Assembly: GCA_001662655.1 (NCBI GenBank)
Contig: KV460225.1
Reading direction: 5' to 3' (one strand)
Source: Pseudogymnoascus verrucosus
Taxonomy: Eukaryota
DNA length: 64,000 bases
The notes under the pieces are model-generated. The model was not told where the DNA came from. It worked only from the letters and a program-made list of their open reading frames with translations, and did no database searches. This document shows positions 37,037-49,607 of the stretch, one piece after another. Both the position numbers and the translations under genes were made by a program. Numbering within the stretch: the first letter of the stretch is position 1; the number at the start of each line of letters is the position of its first letter.

Positions 37037-39283
37037 TTAGTCGTGGACCTGAAAGATACCTCTCATGACCCTCGCTGGGTTACCGCTGACGACCGTGAAG
37101 GGTGGTACATCCTATAAACCGTTAGTACGCCATTTATTTACTTATAAGCAAGCTCGCAAAAAACTCACCCTCGTAACAACCGAGCACGCCCCAACCGTAC
37201 TCCCCCTCTTCACCGTAATCCCCGGCAAAATCGTAGCATTCGCCCCAATAAAGCAGTCCTCTTCAATGATAATCGGCTTCCCCTGGTTCGGCCCTTTGCT
37301 ACCGAGGCGCTTCTTCGGATCAATCGGTACCGTCGTGGTGAGGATACTGACATTCGGTCCGATCACACAGCGGTCCCCGATCTTGACAGACGCGCAGTCG
37401 AGGATCGTGCAGTTGCGGTCGATACTCACGTCCTGCCCAATCGTGATGTTATACCCGTAATCGCACGTAAACGGCGCCGCGACAACGCAGCGCTCGCCCA
37501 CGTACCCCTGCGGATTCACCGGCGAGGCCAGGTGCGGCGGCATGCTAGCAAGCTCCTTGGGCTGCAGGATGTCGCGGAACAAGCGCGAGCGGTCCTCGGG
37601 GAGGTTCCCGTTATTGGGATTCGTGCTGTTGTTGAAGCGCCACGAGGCGGCGTTGCAGCGCTCGCGCTCGAGGACGAGCTCGCGGTCAAAGGGGAAGAAG
37701 TTGTTGCCCGCGAGCATCTCCTCCTTCTGCGTGCGGCGCGAGTTGGAGGCCGGATGCGAGAGAGCGAGGCGCGCGGCGTCCTGGGCGGCCGTGGATTGCG
37801 GCGTGTGAGGGTGCGGGCTGTTGGTATTCGAGGCGTGGAGGATGCTGAAGTGCGGGACCGAGTGGGCCGATTGCGGAGTCCCAGTGTCATGCTCGCTGCG
37901 ATTCTGGTCTAGCAGAGGAGGCATGCGCTGGTAATCCATTTGAGAAAGACGATCGGGGTAATTGCTCTGGCTGACTGCGCTTACCGGTGTAGGGAAGGTA
38001 TTGGCTTGTGTGTACGAGATGGCGGAGAGCCTCTTGTCGGGGCTCCCGACTGAGGCGCTGAGGTTGGTTGAGGCGCTCCGGTCTTCGTCAGCGCCAACTG
38101 GCCGAGCGGGCGGTTGCAGGGGATCAACACGTAATTGCTGGCCGCGATACGATGGTAAGGGCTCGCGTTTGGGTTGCTGAGGCTGCTGCTGCTGCTGGTA
38201 CGGCGGCGGTTGGTACTGGCTCGGGCTCGCATCGTAGCCGTCCTTGGACTGCAGAGGGACGGGTCCCTGCTTCTGTTCCGTCTTGGGCCAATTGCCACGA
38301 CTCGGGTAGCCGTTGCAGATAAACCCACCACGCATACAATTGTTACCTTCAGGACGAATTAGATATAGTCAGGGTTGTACAGTAGCTCGCGGGGACTTAC
38401 ACTCAGGTCTCGTCTCGTCGCACTTCTTCTTGCGCTTGCGGCAGGTCATGCAGCCGGTCTTTGTCCTGTTGCTAAAATTGCGCTTCCGCTTCTTGTGGTC
38501 CACCTGCACCTGCCCATACTCGCCTCGGTAAGGCGCACCGCGATCGTTCTGCGCCGGGCTGGTCTCGCTGTAATTACCCTGGCCATCGCTGTTGTTTTCG
38601 CGCTGCAGCGCTTCCCGAAGCTGATCATCAGGGCTCATGTGGTGCTGCGAAACGGCCGAGTGCCCTCCGTCCACAGGGGTGCGGTTGTCGATCTGATGCG
38701 AGTACCACGACGCGGCGCTGTTCTCGCGGCTCTCCTCGGGGTAGTGCGGATACGGCGTTTGGGGTGTGACATATGGATCACGCGTCGCCGATTGCGCATC
38801 TCTCTTGCTCGATTGCGCAGAGTCGGGATACGGGCTGTTCGGCGAGCCCTTTTGCTGCTCGTTCGGCTTCAGTGCTGGCAGACTGTGCTTGTGATATGAG
38901 CTGGAGCTGGACGGCTGGGCGCTGTCGCGTTCCACAGAGCCAGACCGCTTGCGCTTATGTGAGGATTCGCCATCTGGGAAGGTGGGCGGCGGAGGGACGC
39001 TCTGGCTGCCGGCAGCCTTGTCGCCATTGACCGTGTCGGCCCAATTGTCTCTCTGCGTATTTGTCGTAGTGATGGTGAGCTTCTCGGGGACTGGCGGAGT
39101 GGTGCGGGCCAGTGGCTCAGGGCGATCCTCGGAAGCTCTCCGCGACGAGCCGTTGCCATTGTTCGTTGGCGCCGCGGATGGCAATGCCTCACGGTTGTTG
39201 ACGGCAGTGAATCGCGACGTCGGTGGATCTGCGGGCGTGTCGAGGAATGGGCTCGGCGCCGTATGTGATTCGACGGCCGTCAT
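37037..39283 (-). CDS. Zn(II)2Cys6 transcription factor fused to a maltose/galactoside O-acetyltransferase-like (Mac + left-handed beta-helix) domain; exons 39283-38401, 38346-37169, 37111-37037 (711 aa from first ATG; possible AUA start at 39529)
   Basis: KRKRNFSNRTKTGCMTCRKRKKKCDETRPEC|NNCMRGGFICNGY (Zn2Cys6). C-terminal TQKEEMLAGNNFFPFDRELVLERERC (Mac), PFTCDYGYNITIG, hexapeptide repeats and VVTR|DVPPFTVVSGNPARV. Confidence 0.92.
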
Positions 39284-40954
39284 GGTGTCGGCTGGTGATG
39301 GACGCCTGCTGTCGCTGTCGGCGGTGACAGGATCTGCCGGAGGAGTCGGACTCGTCGGGTCGGGCAGCTTGGTGCGCGGTGGCCTCTCCACGGTGATGGT
39401 GTCTGTGAGGTCTCCCGAGACGCGTCCTGTCTCTCGTAGGCTCTCGCGAGCGAGTGCCACAAGCTCCAGCTGGACCGAGCTGGGACTCCTTTCCTTCGCC
39501 GTCGTGGAGACCGTCGTGAGGGACGCTATCTTGGCAACGGGAGGTACGCTGTCTCGGAGCTGCGACAGCGTGGAGAACAATAGAATGTTTGTTCGGGGGA
39601 GTTGAGAGGTTCTTTGTTGGAGTGCGGCTAGCTGTAGGAAAGAATTTTGCACAGCCCCAGGTTGACGACGTAACGATGCCGTCTGGCGTCTCTTTCTTGC
39701 GACGGAAGGAACAAAGCTTGGTGGCCGGGGGAAGTGAGAGGTTATTCCTGGCGGTGTAGTATGTAACTTTTCCAGAAAAGTTTCAATACAAGGAATAGGG
39801 GACAATTATTAAATGGAGACGTTGGCGGTGTCAAGTATGACGACGACGAGGTTGTTGTTGTGTTTTAAGGGAGTGAACGAGTGTGTGTGTGTGTGTTCGA
39901 TCGAGGGTCGAGGTGGTTACCCAAGAACTGGTCGACTTCTTTCCCGCCCCAGCGCCCCCAGCGTAAGCCGGCGCTTCGAATACCCGCAATAGGCCCTCGC
40001 CTCGTTTCGCGACAAGACTGCCGACGCGGTAAAAGTCCAGGCAGAAGCGTGAAAATGGGCGGCAACTCGGAACGAACGATAGAGAATGATTGGAGAAGGA
40101 TGAATTGATTTGAGATAAGATAGAGAGGGTATACAATAGGATGAGGGTGTCTAGTATGTATTTGAAGTTGTGTTTTCTCTTGCGCGCGTAAGATGGGAAG
40201 AGTGGTGGGTGGGTGGTAGGAGTGGGTGAGTGGGTGAGTGGGTGAGTTTGTGTGTGTGTGTGGTGAATTAAGGTGAGTGATTTGGGGGGAGGGGGCGGTG
40301 AAGATTACTGTATGGGGAATTGGGGATTGGGAGGGGATTGGGAGAAGGGAGAAGTGGGAGGGAGAGTGGGAAGGGGGGAATCTGACTATGGGTGAGTGGG
40401 CGTCTGAGTGGGCGTCTGGGTGGGATTGAAGGGCGCGCGCGAGGCGAGTACGGAGAGAACGGAGAGAAGTACTAGACTTAGTGTAGTGCGTGTAGTGGGT
40501 GCGCAGTGTGTTAAAAGTACGAAGTTACTGTGGTGAGTGGTGAGTGGTTGTAGTACTTGGCGCAGTAGTAGTAATAGTGTGGAAGGGGACGGGGATGAGG
40601 ATGGGGGACACGATGGGGACGACACGACGACGGGGAAGGGAAAGAGCCGTTCAGAGTCGCGCGGGTAAGAAAAACCACCAGTTGGGCGAGTTAGCGGGGC
40701 GAATTATTAGCGTGCTAGGGTGGGTGGTGCTAGGATGGTTTCCACTTAATCGGCCTTCCGCACTAGCGCTTTCACTAGATTATGTATGTATACACGTTGG
40801 TAGTTGTTGGTACTTGATGACAAGGTGGAGGGATAGTATGGGATGGATGTACTCTTCTGTGTGTGAACAGGGGTAGACAAGTTAGACAAGGTGGATAAGT
40901 TAGACAATGGAGAGAGGAGCAGAGTACTTCCTTAAGTTTGCTGCCTGCCATCCT

Positions 40955-41011
40955 TATAGGAGAGAAGTAGAGTAGAGTCCAGTCCTATAGGAGAGAACTA
41001 GAGTAGAGTCC
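40955..41011. repeat. 26-bp direct repeat in a TpA-rich low-complexity patch
   Basis: TATAGGAGAGAAGTAGAGTAGAGTCC (40955-40980) and TATAGGAGAGAACTAGAGTAGAGTCC (40986-41011), one mismatch. Confidence 0.85.
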
Positions 41012-41152
41012 TATAGTATATACAGAACTAATATACAGAACCATGCTACTCTACTACCCTACTTATAGTATACAGCATACAACTAGAGTATGTACAGGAC
41101 TATACTACTCTACTTATAGTAGTATACTGCATACAACATACAAAACACACTT

Positions 41153-41199
41153 TGATGACTGAGATGACTGAGATGACTGAGCTAACTGAGATGGATGAC
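41153..41199. repeat. 9-bp microsatellite (GAGATGACT)n, degenerate
   Basis: TGATGACT GAGATGACT GAGATGACT GAGCTAACT GAGATGGATGAC. Confidence 0.85.
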
Positions 41200-44100
41200 T
41201 ACTTGCTGCCTACACTTGTTGCATACTTACTTACTATCCTCTCTCCTCACTCCCTCCTCACTCCACTCAACATTATAAGCACCGGCCTCAATAATCCCCC
41301 GTCCCTTCTTACATCCCAATTCACTCACCACCAACACTCCCCTTCCACCACTTCCAACCCTTCTATTCCTTCCTCCCCATCCCCATCCCCATCCACCTCC
41401 ACCATGCAATGCACGGCCTCTACCTTCCTTCCTTCCGCCCATGCACGTCCTCCTCCTTCCCTCCACCAACAAGGACGACTTCCACATGAACAAACACCCG
41501 CCACGCCAGCCCAATCTAATCCTCCAACACACAATAACCACTCTACTCATCCAACACTACACTTCCCCTCGTAAGCACGCACCGCCACGCACCAGTGGCT
41601 TGTCCAGCCGACGCACGCGGAATCCCAATCTATTGGTTGATAGCTGCATTGATGGTTCATAGCTGCGTTGACAACGCCAGTGACAGCGCCAGCGACTATG
41701 ACAAGGCAAAGCAAGGCAAGGCATCCATCCTCCCCATGCCCCTCCTCCTCGGTGGCGCCGTTGTTGGAAGCGCCAAAAAGAAAGGAAAAGCGAACACGAT
41801 ATTGCATCCATGATACTCCATCCAACCTACCTCTAGAGCCCACGCGCGAGCTCGAAAAGGAACCCGAACCCCAAACCCCAACTCACCTTACCATACCGTA
41901 CTCCTCGCCGCCCGTCTCCCTGGACCCGAGAACCAGTCCTACAGGAATAGAAGCCGTTATACTTAGACTTAGACAATACCCGCCCCGCCCGGTCCAGCCT
42001 GTTCCGGTGGTGCAAACAGCGGGGTGTCTGAGGAAGGAAGTTCGATAGTTCCAGCCCTTTTCCATTTCCACCCGCGCCAATTTCCCCCTCTCTGGCCCCC
42101 ACTACTGACACTACGGCCATACCCAACACTACGGACGCTACTAACGCTTCGAACTTCCCAATCCCACCCGGAAAGCCGCAATCCCAAGACAGAGGTAACG
42201 AAAAACAGCGGGCGCCTCCTTACTCATCCACCCTGACATCCACTCCCCCCTCCCTCGCCCGCTCCCTCCAGGCACCAACCCACCAACCCAAGCGACATCC
42301 ACCACCAACACATCATCCACACAACCACCCCAACCGCGCCTATCGCGCTCCTACCCCCTCAGCATCGGGTATACCTCCGTCGCCTCCCAACCAACCACCC
42401 CTCCTCATCCCCTCTCCCCTTCACACTCCCCTGCCACCACGCACCGCACCCAACCGCCACGCCCACCCGTCGTCCTCCCTCTCCCTTCCCCACCACAGGT
42501 ACGCCGCACCAACACATACGAATTACAGTGCAGTAGTACTGTATAGTACATGCAGACGCACACCCACGACTCGCCCTCGCCAACCACCACATCCACACAC
42601 ACGCACGCACGCAGCATGCACCTCCCTATCGCCCGCAATCACGCGCCCGTATCGCCTTATCCCGCGTCTGCCTCGCCCCGTTTAGGTGCCTGTTGTGCAA
42701 CACCGCGGCCTGAGTATACGATACGGTGTACGGGAGGGAAGGGGGGGAGTAGACGCATGGTAGACATGGTAGCGCAGGCAGGCGGTGGGTGCCACGTCGG
42801 TTAGGCTTGATCGGGGTGGGTGGTGGCGGTGCGTGGAGTGAAGGGGAGGGGAGTAGAGGGGAGGGAAGTGAAGTCTGTCTGGCAGTGTCTGTGTGTCTCG
42901 GGTGGTGCGGCGGTCGGTATGGGAGGGAGGGGCACGGGCGGTGCTTCAGTACTAACTTTCAGCACGGTGGTGACGCTATTGACGCTGCTAACACCACAGA
43001 CAGTGCGGTACGGACAGTGCGGTAAGTCCAGTCAAGTCAGTACAAGCACTGACTCCGCCAGCCAGCCGGATCGCAGCAGATCCGAGTGAACGGACACTTC
43101 TAGGACACTCCTAGGACACTCCCAGGATTTGATGCGATGCGACCAGATGTGATGAGCCTACCTACCTGCTGCCGTTGGATGGATGGACAGACACAGCGCG
43201 AGTCATTCAGTTGGTGATTGTTGCTATTCTCGTCCCTGCCATCACCATCACAACTCTAGGGGGAGTTTATCTAATCTTATCCCTACGCGCGCTCTGGGCT
43301 GGTATTGAGAGGGTCTGTTGGTGGTGTTGGCGTGTTGGTGTTGGTACCGCTAGCACTGGTGGTGCTGTGCCGGTGCCTTGTTGTTCTGGTGCTAATGGTC
43401 CTGGTTCTGTCGGTAGCACAACAGGGTGGTACACACACGCTTCTAGTTCGGTCTGTGACCAGCAGAGAGACAGGCAAGACATGCTGCTTGGTGCTGTGGT
43501 GGTGGTGGTGGTGGTGGTGGTGCTGCTGTTTTACCACTCACTCACTCACTGTGGGAACACTGCAACAACGTTACCAGCACAGCACACTCAGCACTGAAGA
43601 ATCCCGTCCCCCCCATGGCGTCTCTCTCCTCCCTCCCTCTCCTTCCAATCCCTCTCATCCCTCTTTCTTTCCTCCTCCTCCCTCCTCCCTCACACGCCGA
43701 CCCCCCTGTCTCCCCACCCCTGCACACCCCTCCCACCGTCTCGGAGCAATCGCACCCTTTCCCCTCCCCCCTAGCCGTGTACAAGTACGTACCTTAGAAA
43801 AGTTACAAGGACCAGCCACGAAGCGAAACAGCAAAAAAGAATACGTACCCTCGCCTGCGGCGGATACGGAAGGCTCCACATACCCTGCCGCGGGCTGGGC
43901 GTGCGCTCTGGGGTGGGCGTTAGGTAGGGAGTGGATGGGAACAGGTGATAGGTTGGCTGAGGGTAGTCATGCGGCGCGGCGGTTGTTACGGGATTGGGGA
44001 TGGTGGTTGGTTGGGGGGGTGTGTGGAGGGAGGATGGGCCTTTGGGAGGTTTCTCTGTTACTGTACACGCATACTGTCTGTCTGCTCACTCACCTTTTTT

Positions 44101-44994
44101 GCTGTGCTGTACTGTGCTGTCCTGCACTCTACTATACGATGCTGACTACAATCCAGCAACAATTGACCAAGATAACTTGAGAGAGAGGTACAGTACAGTA
44201 CAGCACACAACCCACAAAACACCGCGCGTACGCACGTGCTTCCCCCGTCCCTCCCCATCCACCAACCCAGCAAACCACCTCCAAAACCCCAACTGCCGCC
44301 ACATCCACCCCGGCGCCTGACTAAAGGAGCGAGACACGCAGACGCCATCATCGAGGGAGGTACCTCTTTTTGCTGGCGAGTTCCCCGATCGCTTCCCCGA
44401 GACCACCGCCGGCCGAGACCCCGGCCGAGGCCGTTTGGGTGTGCAGGGGTACTGTACGTCTGTGTCCAGTCATCCAGTCGTCTAGTGGTGAGGAGAGGAT
44501 GGGATGGGAGGGAGAGGGAGGTATGGGTACGTATCTACTGGAGTGAAGTACCCCTGGTGGGGGCTGTGTTTGGTCTTCTGGTTTGCGGGTGGATGGATGG
44601 ATGGATGGATCGGTGGATATATGACTGGATGGGAGATGGGGAAGCAGATCATAGGGAGCAAGGAGCAGGACCATGAGCACGGCAAGATAGGAAAAAGGGG
44701 GTTCACCCGCCCGCAGCCGCGATGACCAAAAGCAGCCACGTCTAGAAGAAGCCAGAAACACCAGAAGCAGGTGAACGAGAGGGGATACACCACCGAGCTG
44801 ACCAGAGCTGACCTGAACACACAGCTCTGAGCTGGCGCCCTGACCACATCTGCGAGGAATAGATCACATCCTCAGCGGCATCCAGCGGGGTGGGCTTGGT
44901 CGTTACGTTGCTTTACCCCTATTTTCCCATCACATCTACGTAGTCTGTGTGTATGCATAAGATCTCACATTTTTTGTTCGATTTGTTTTTGGTT

Positions 44995-45025
44995 GTATGT
45001 ATGTATGTATGTATGTATGTATGTA
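44995..45025. repeat. (TATG)n tetranucleotide microsatellite
   Basis: GTATGTATGTATG... about 7 units. One of several simple repeats in the 35-48 kb non-coding DNA; others include (CA)n ~36467, (TC)n ~36614, (GAGTGGGT)n ~40220 and (GGT)n ~43496. Confidence 0.9.
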
Positions 45026-48000
45026 TCGTACAGCCCAGCCCAGTGCATAAATGACAGGAGGGGGTGCGTACACGATCTGCCCCACCCCTCCCCTCGCTAT
45101 TGTCCGATCGCCCCCAATGTTGTTGCGTGAAGGTGGAGATGTAGGTAGGTCCAACATCCAACGTTAGAGGATTGGGGGGGTTATAAATAGGTTGTTAGTT
45201 CTATTATTTGTTCTGTCGTTTCAAGATCCACGGCTCGGGGTGGGGAAGGAGAGGTTTGATTTCGAGAGAACCTGGTTGATAGATGGGGGGAGTGATAGGT
45301 GTGAAACGGCGCGCGCGAGGGAGCTGTGAAGTGATGGAGTGATGGGATGAGAGGTAGGCTGCAGGCGCTGTGATACGAACTACCAAACCAAAATCTACTG
45401 CTATACTATAATACAGCATACTATACCACCACCATATCCCCCTCTCTCTCTCTCCCCTACCCTCCCCTCCCCTACCCTACCCCCAGCCAGCCATCCAAAG
45501 CAAGGGAAAACAGAGATCGCCCTCCACGCGTCAGTGAAAGCGGCTCGTGCCCCGGCGTGCATGAGCCGCGCGCACCCAATCAGCGTCCCAGATACTGGGG
45601 ATGGGTTGGGCGACGCCCGGAGGAGACGGTGATTGACGCACAGTAGCGCTACGGTGATGGCGAGTCAGGCGGCGGTAAGGGGTGAATGGGGTAGGTTGGT
45701 GGTGATGGGGGGTGGGTGATTGATATTGATGGTGATGAGATGGAGGGGGGAGATGGGGAGACGGGAGATGATGGATGGCAGATGGGAGATGGAGAGACGA
45801 GAGATGATGAGAAGGAGAAGATGGAGATACTGTCATCCCTGCCGTAACATGCGATGAGCGCGAGGTAGAGTGCTGGTATCCTGGGTGTCGTGTACGTACT
45901 ATCGCACTGTGTGTGGTGTAATTCATGTGCTCACGGAGAATGCCACTCACTGCGCTTAAGCCCACCCTCGCCTCGAAACGGGCGGGAGGGAGGACCCAGC
46001 CTGACCGGCCGCCGGGCCAGGGACCGTACACACAGCCATCTCTCCGTACATAAGATGACAAGGAGATGACAGCAGAACGGCGGTAGACGCGCAATCGAAC
46101 CGAGACATTGGTGGAGTTTCCGTTGCTCCGCCTTACGGGTGAGTGATGCGGTGTACTCTATTTTTCTTTTCCTGCGGCCTTGTCTGATGCGCTGTGCTGT
46201 ATGTACACTCCTGTGGCGTGCGTGCGTGCGTGCGTGGGAGGCAGACAGGCAGCGATGTTTGTGCCAGCCGGTGTTGGTGGTGATGGTGGTAAGCAGACAG
46301 GGAGTGAAGGGCGCAGGGGCAGGGTTGGTGATGATGTGCCGGAGGGAATGGATGGGGGTGCGATGAGACGACGGGGGTGATGGGTGGGCGGCGTCACAAG
46401 CTTTTGGATTTTGGTGAGATGGGGTGAGAGTGGGATGGGAGGGAGGAAATGGTGAGTGAGTGAGCGCTGTGTGAGATAAATGCAGTGTTTTACCCAACAC
46501 AGTCCAGCACAACCAGCACATCACCGTCTATCCATCCACCACTCCTCCCTCCTCCTCCCATTCCAATAACAGCCTCCTGCATCAAACCTCACCGCCGCCC
46601 AGTCCACCCACTCCATACCTCGGCACAACCCCCCAGCCAGCCGCCCACCCCCTGTCCTGCCCCCTCCCTCCACTTAATCCTAATCCACCACCCCCAACCC
46701 GCTGATGCGCGGACTAATCACGGCTGCACCCCTCGGTCCACGACTCCAGATTGCCCTTCGTTCAACATCCCTGTATTGTCCACTGCCCGGCTCCCCTTGC
46801 CTTGCATCTCGCCCAACACGACCAACGGAAGGCGCCAATCGTCGTGCTGATACTGAGATAGTGATAGTAGTGTTAGTAGTGATAAGTCGAGTAGAGTACA
46901 AGGACTAGGGCTTAGGTACAGCCAGCATCCGTCCAACAGCTGCACCGCGCCGCCCGCGGCCTTGCGTGAACACCAACCCACCCACCCAGCGCTGGGAGAG
47001 AACAGCCTAAACGCTGGCCCGTTCGCCAAGGCGGTGCGGATGCGAAGTGGGCGAGGCAAGGGGGGCGCGAGAATTCCGCGCTTGGTGCGTGCTTTGGCGA
47101 CGCGAGGCGACGCGAGGGTGAATGGATGAGTGGGTGGGCGATGGTGTTTGTGCGTGCTGGGGAGGATTGGGGAGGGGGGTGGGAATGCGATGGGATGTGT
47201 GGGAGGAAGGAAGGATGGATGCGATGGATACGATGAGTGAGCAGCACGTGATGCGCATCCTTCCCTGTGAGATTGACAACTTCAATGTCAGCGCTTACGC
47301 TCAGGAGACGATGGGAACAACACTGCAAGAAGACCAAGTCGAACGCGATGATGGATATCTGCGCTTTCACTGGTTGAGCGAAGCCGAATTCCCTGTTCTA
47401 ATTTACGACTCAGCGAACAGCGGTCCAGTTAAGGGCCAGGAGATCGCGATGGCGGGCGCGTAAAAAAACGGTACCTGCATATTCTCCCGTTCTCATCAAA
47501 ATCTAAAATCTATTTCCGTCTCTCTCCCTCCGTCTCCTCACGTCATCTCCCTTTTCTATTTTCACGTCTCCTTCCTCTCCTTCTGTCTCTCTAAGCGCTG
47601 CGATTTATTCCCTCGCATTCGGTCGAACCGACGTTGGGAGTGGTGGTGCTGCTGCTCCAGTCGTCGTCGCACGATAGCCGCCCACCACGCCCCCTAAGCG
47701 CCCGGCCCCCAACCAGTCGGTTCCCGCCCCGAAGCGCTGGGTCGACGCCCCCTTACGCGCCCTCCCCCCTTCTCCTCCTCCCCATCATCATCAGCATCAG
47801 CATCTCAAATCCCATCACGCTATTTCCGTCTCCCACGCGCCGCCCTCTCCCCTCTGCCCTCTCACAAGCCCGGTCCCCCCTAGCCGCCCGACTCTACCGA
47901 AGCCGCCACCAACCAACCAACGCACCCCTCGCCCCTTTCCCGAGAACCCGGACCGGTCCAGCCAACGAGCGCGCTCCCGTCCCTGCATCGCATCGGCGTA

Positions 48001-48083
48001 ACGCCCGGGTTCATGCACGTCACTTCCCCACCCCCGGCGGCGGCTCAAGTGTCGATGTCGTTCATGCATGGCACCCCCGCGAC

Positions 48084-48252
48084 CGATCGACCAAGGCCAA
48101 CGGCTTCGCGCCCGTGGCGATCACCTTCTCCTTCCTCTCCTCCATGCATCTTCGATCCCCAACCCAGCGGCTCCATGCACCCCCAGGCGGCTCCATGCAC
48201 GTCACCCCGATCGACGCAGGCCAACGGCTTCGCGCCCTGTAGGGGTTCACCC
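48084..48252. repeat. Degenerate direct repeat, ~124-bp spacing
   Basis: CGATCGACCAAGGCCAACGGCTTCGCGCCC-GTGGCGATCACCT at 48084 versus CGATCGACGCAGGCCAACGGCTTCGCGCCCTGTAGGGGTTCACCT at 48208; repeated (C)CATGCA words flank both. Confidence 0.8.
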
Positions 48253-49607
48253 TGGGGAGTAGAAGTGACTACGGCGCACGTGCATGGGCGCTAAACCGGC
48301 GGACCGTGGGATCGGGTTCTGCGTGCTACTGTGCTGTGGCGGCGCTGGCAGGGGTGGGGTCGGCACTGGTTCTCGAAGCGCGGGGGAGGTGGTATGACGT
48401 CTGCGGGGTGACTGGTACCGTGGGGAGATGCGGGCAAGGGGGGGAGGGAGATGTGATAGTGAAGCCCCTTGCGTGCGTGTCTTGGTGGTGCGTGGAAGCT
48501 TGGGTAGGCGCACGTGGAGGCGGGGATGGGGACGGGGATGTAGGGGATGAGATGCAGTAGTAGCTGTGGTTCTGGGGTGGTCGAGACCGTGGACCCCTTT
48601 GTTGGTAAGGGACGGTATGCGAAACTGATGAAGGTTTGGGGGCGGCGGGGTGATTGGATGGGAGGTGGATTGGCCAATTAAATGGGGGGAAGAAAGTTTG
48701 GTAGGTTTTGGGGCGCGTGGGTAGGTTGGTTTGTATGTGATATTGTGCGTTGTTTTCTTCTGGGCTCTGTTTCATCGTCTATTCGCTGTGGGTTATTTTT
48801 ATACGGCGCATAGGTTATCTCTTATCTTTGCCGCTGAGGGGGGGAGGAGATGAAATGAAATGTTTACTGGGCGCTTATTTGGAGAGCGGAATACGGGGAA
48901 CGGAGGGGTTGAGTCACTTTGGAGCCAAGGGGTGAGGAGTGTGCATGCACAGAGCTTAAAACTTCTAAAGGGGGGGGCAGTCATATGATGTCTTGTAACT
49001 GATATGAGTTATGAAAGGTTATGAGATGAATTATGGTAATGCAGGTAATAATTGTTCAAAATCTTTTCTTTTTCGACCCCCTTTTTACCCCTATCTATTT
49101 ATGATTTGTTTTTCCCCCTCAACACCCACCTCGTCTTTTTACAAACATAGCCAGAGGCGCATTCTCCCTCACTTCTATTTTCTAATTTGCAAAGTCAGAG
49201 TATACACACACCCACTCGTTTCTATCCCTATTTTTCTCTGGTGGGCTTTCGTGCCAAGTGCCGCAGCAGGTTGTGAAGAGCTCCGCCTATAAAATATAGA
49301 CTAGTATCATACAAAGCCGTGTTCAAACCATTCTTGCTTGCCATTAAGAAAGGGGACACTCTTAGCATTATATATGGCCTAATCTATACATACGAGAACA
49401 GTAGTGAAGTCATACTTGCCGTATTTTTGTTGAATCCGAGGCGTGCTAATAGCCCCTATTAATCAGAAGGCAACAAAAACAATTTAGTATTCTTATAAAT
49501 AAGACAATACTATAGTCTACCCATCTAATCACAATTGTGTCCTATCCTCACCCTACATTAGCGACAACGCATTGAATCGTTCATAATAAGTTTTGCAAAT
49601 ACTATTC

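Noticed and set aside
40000..49300. Many 60-290 aa ORFs in the gene-free region (e.g. 43305-44180, 47634-48242)
   Set aside because: Low-complexity translations of microsatellites and C/G tracts, often with non-ATG starts, with no domains or consistent splice models.
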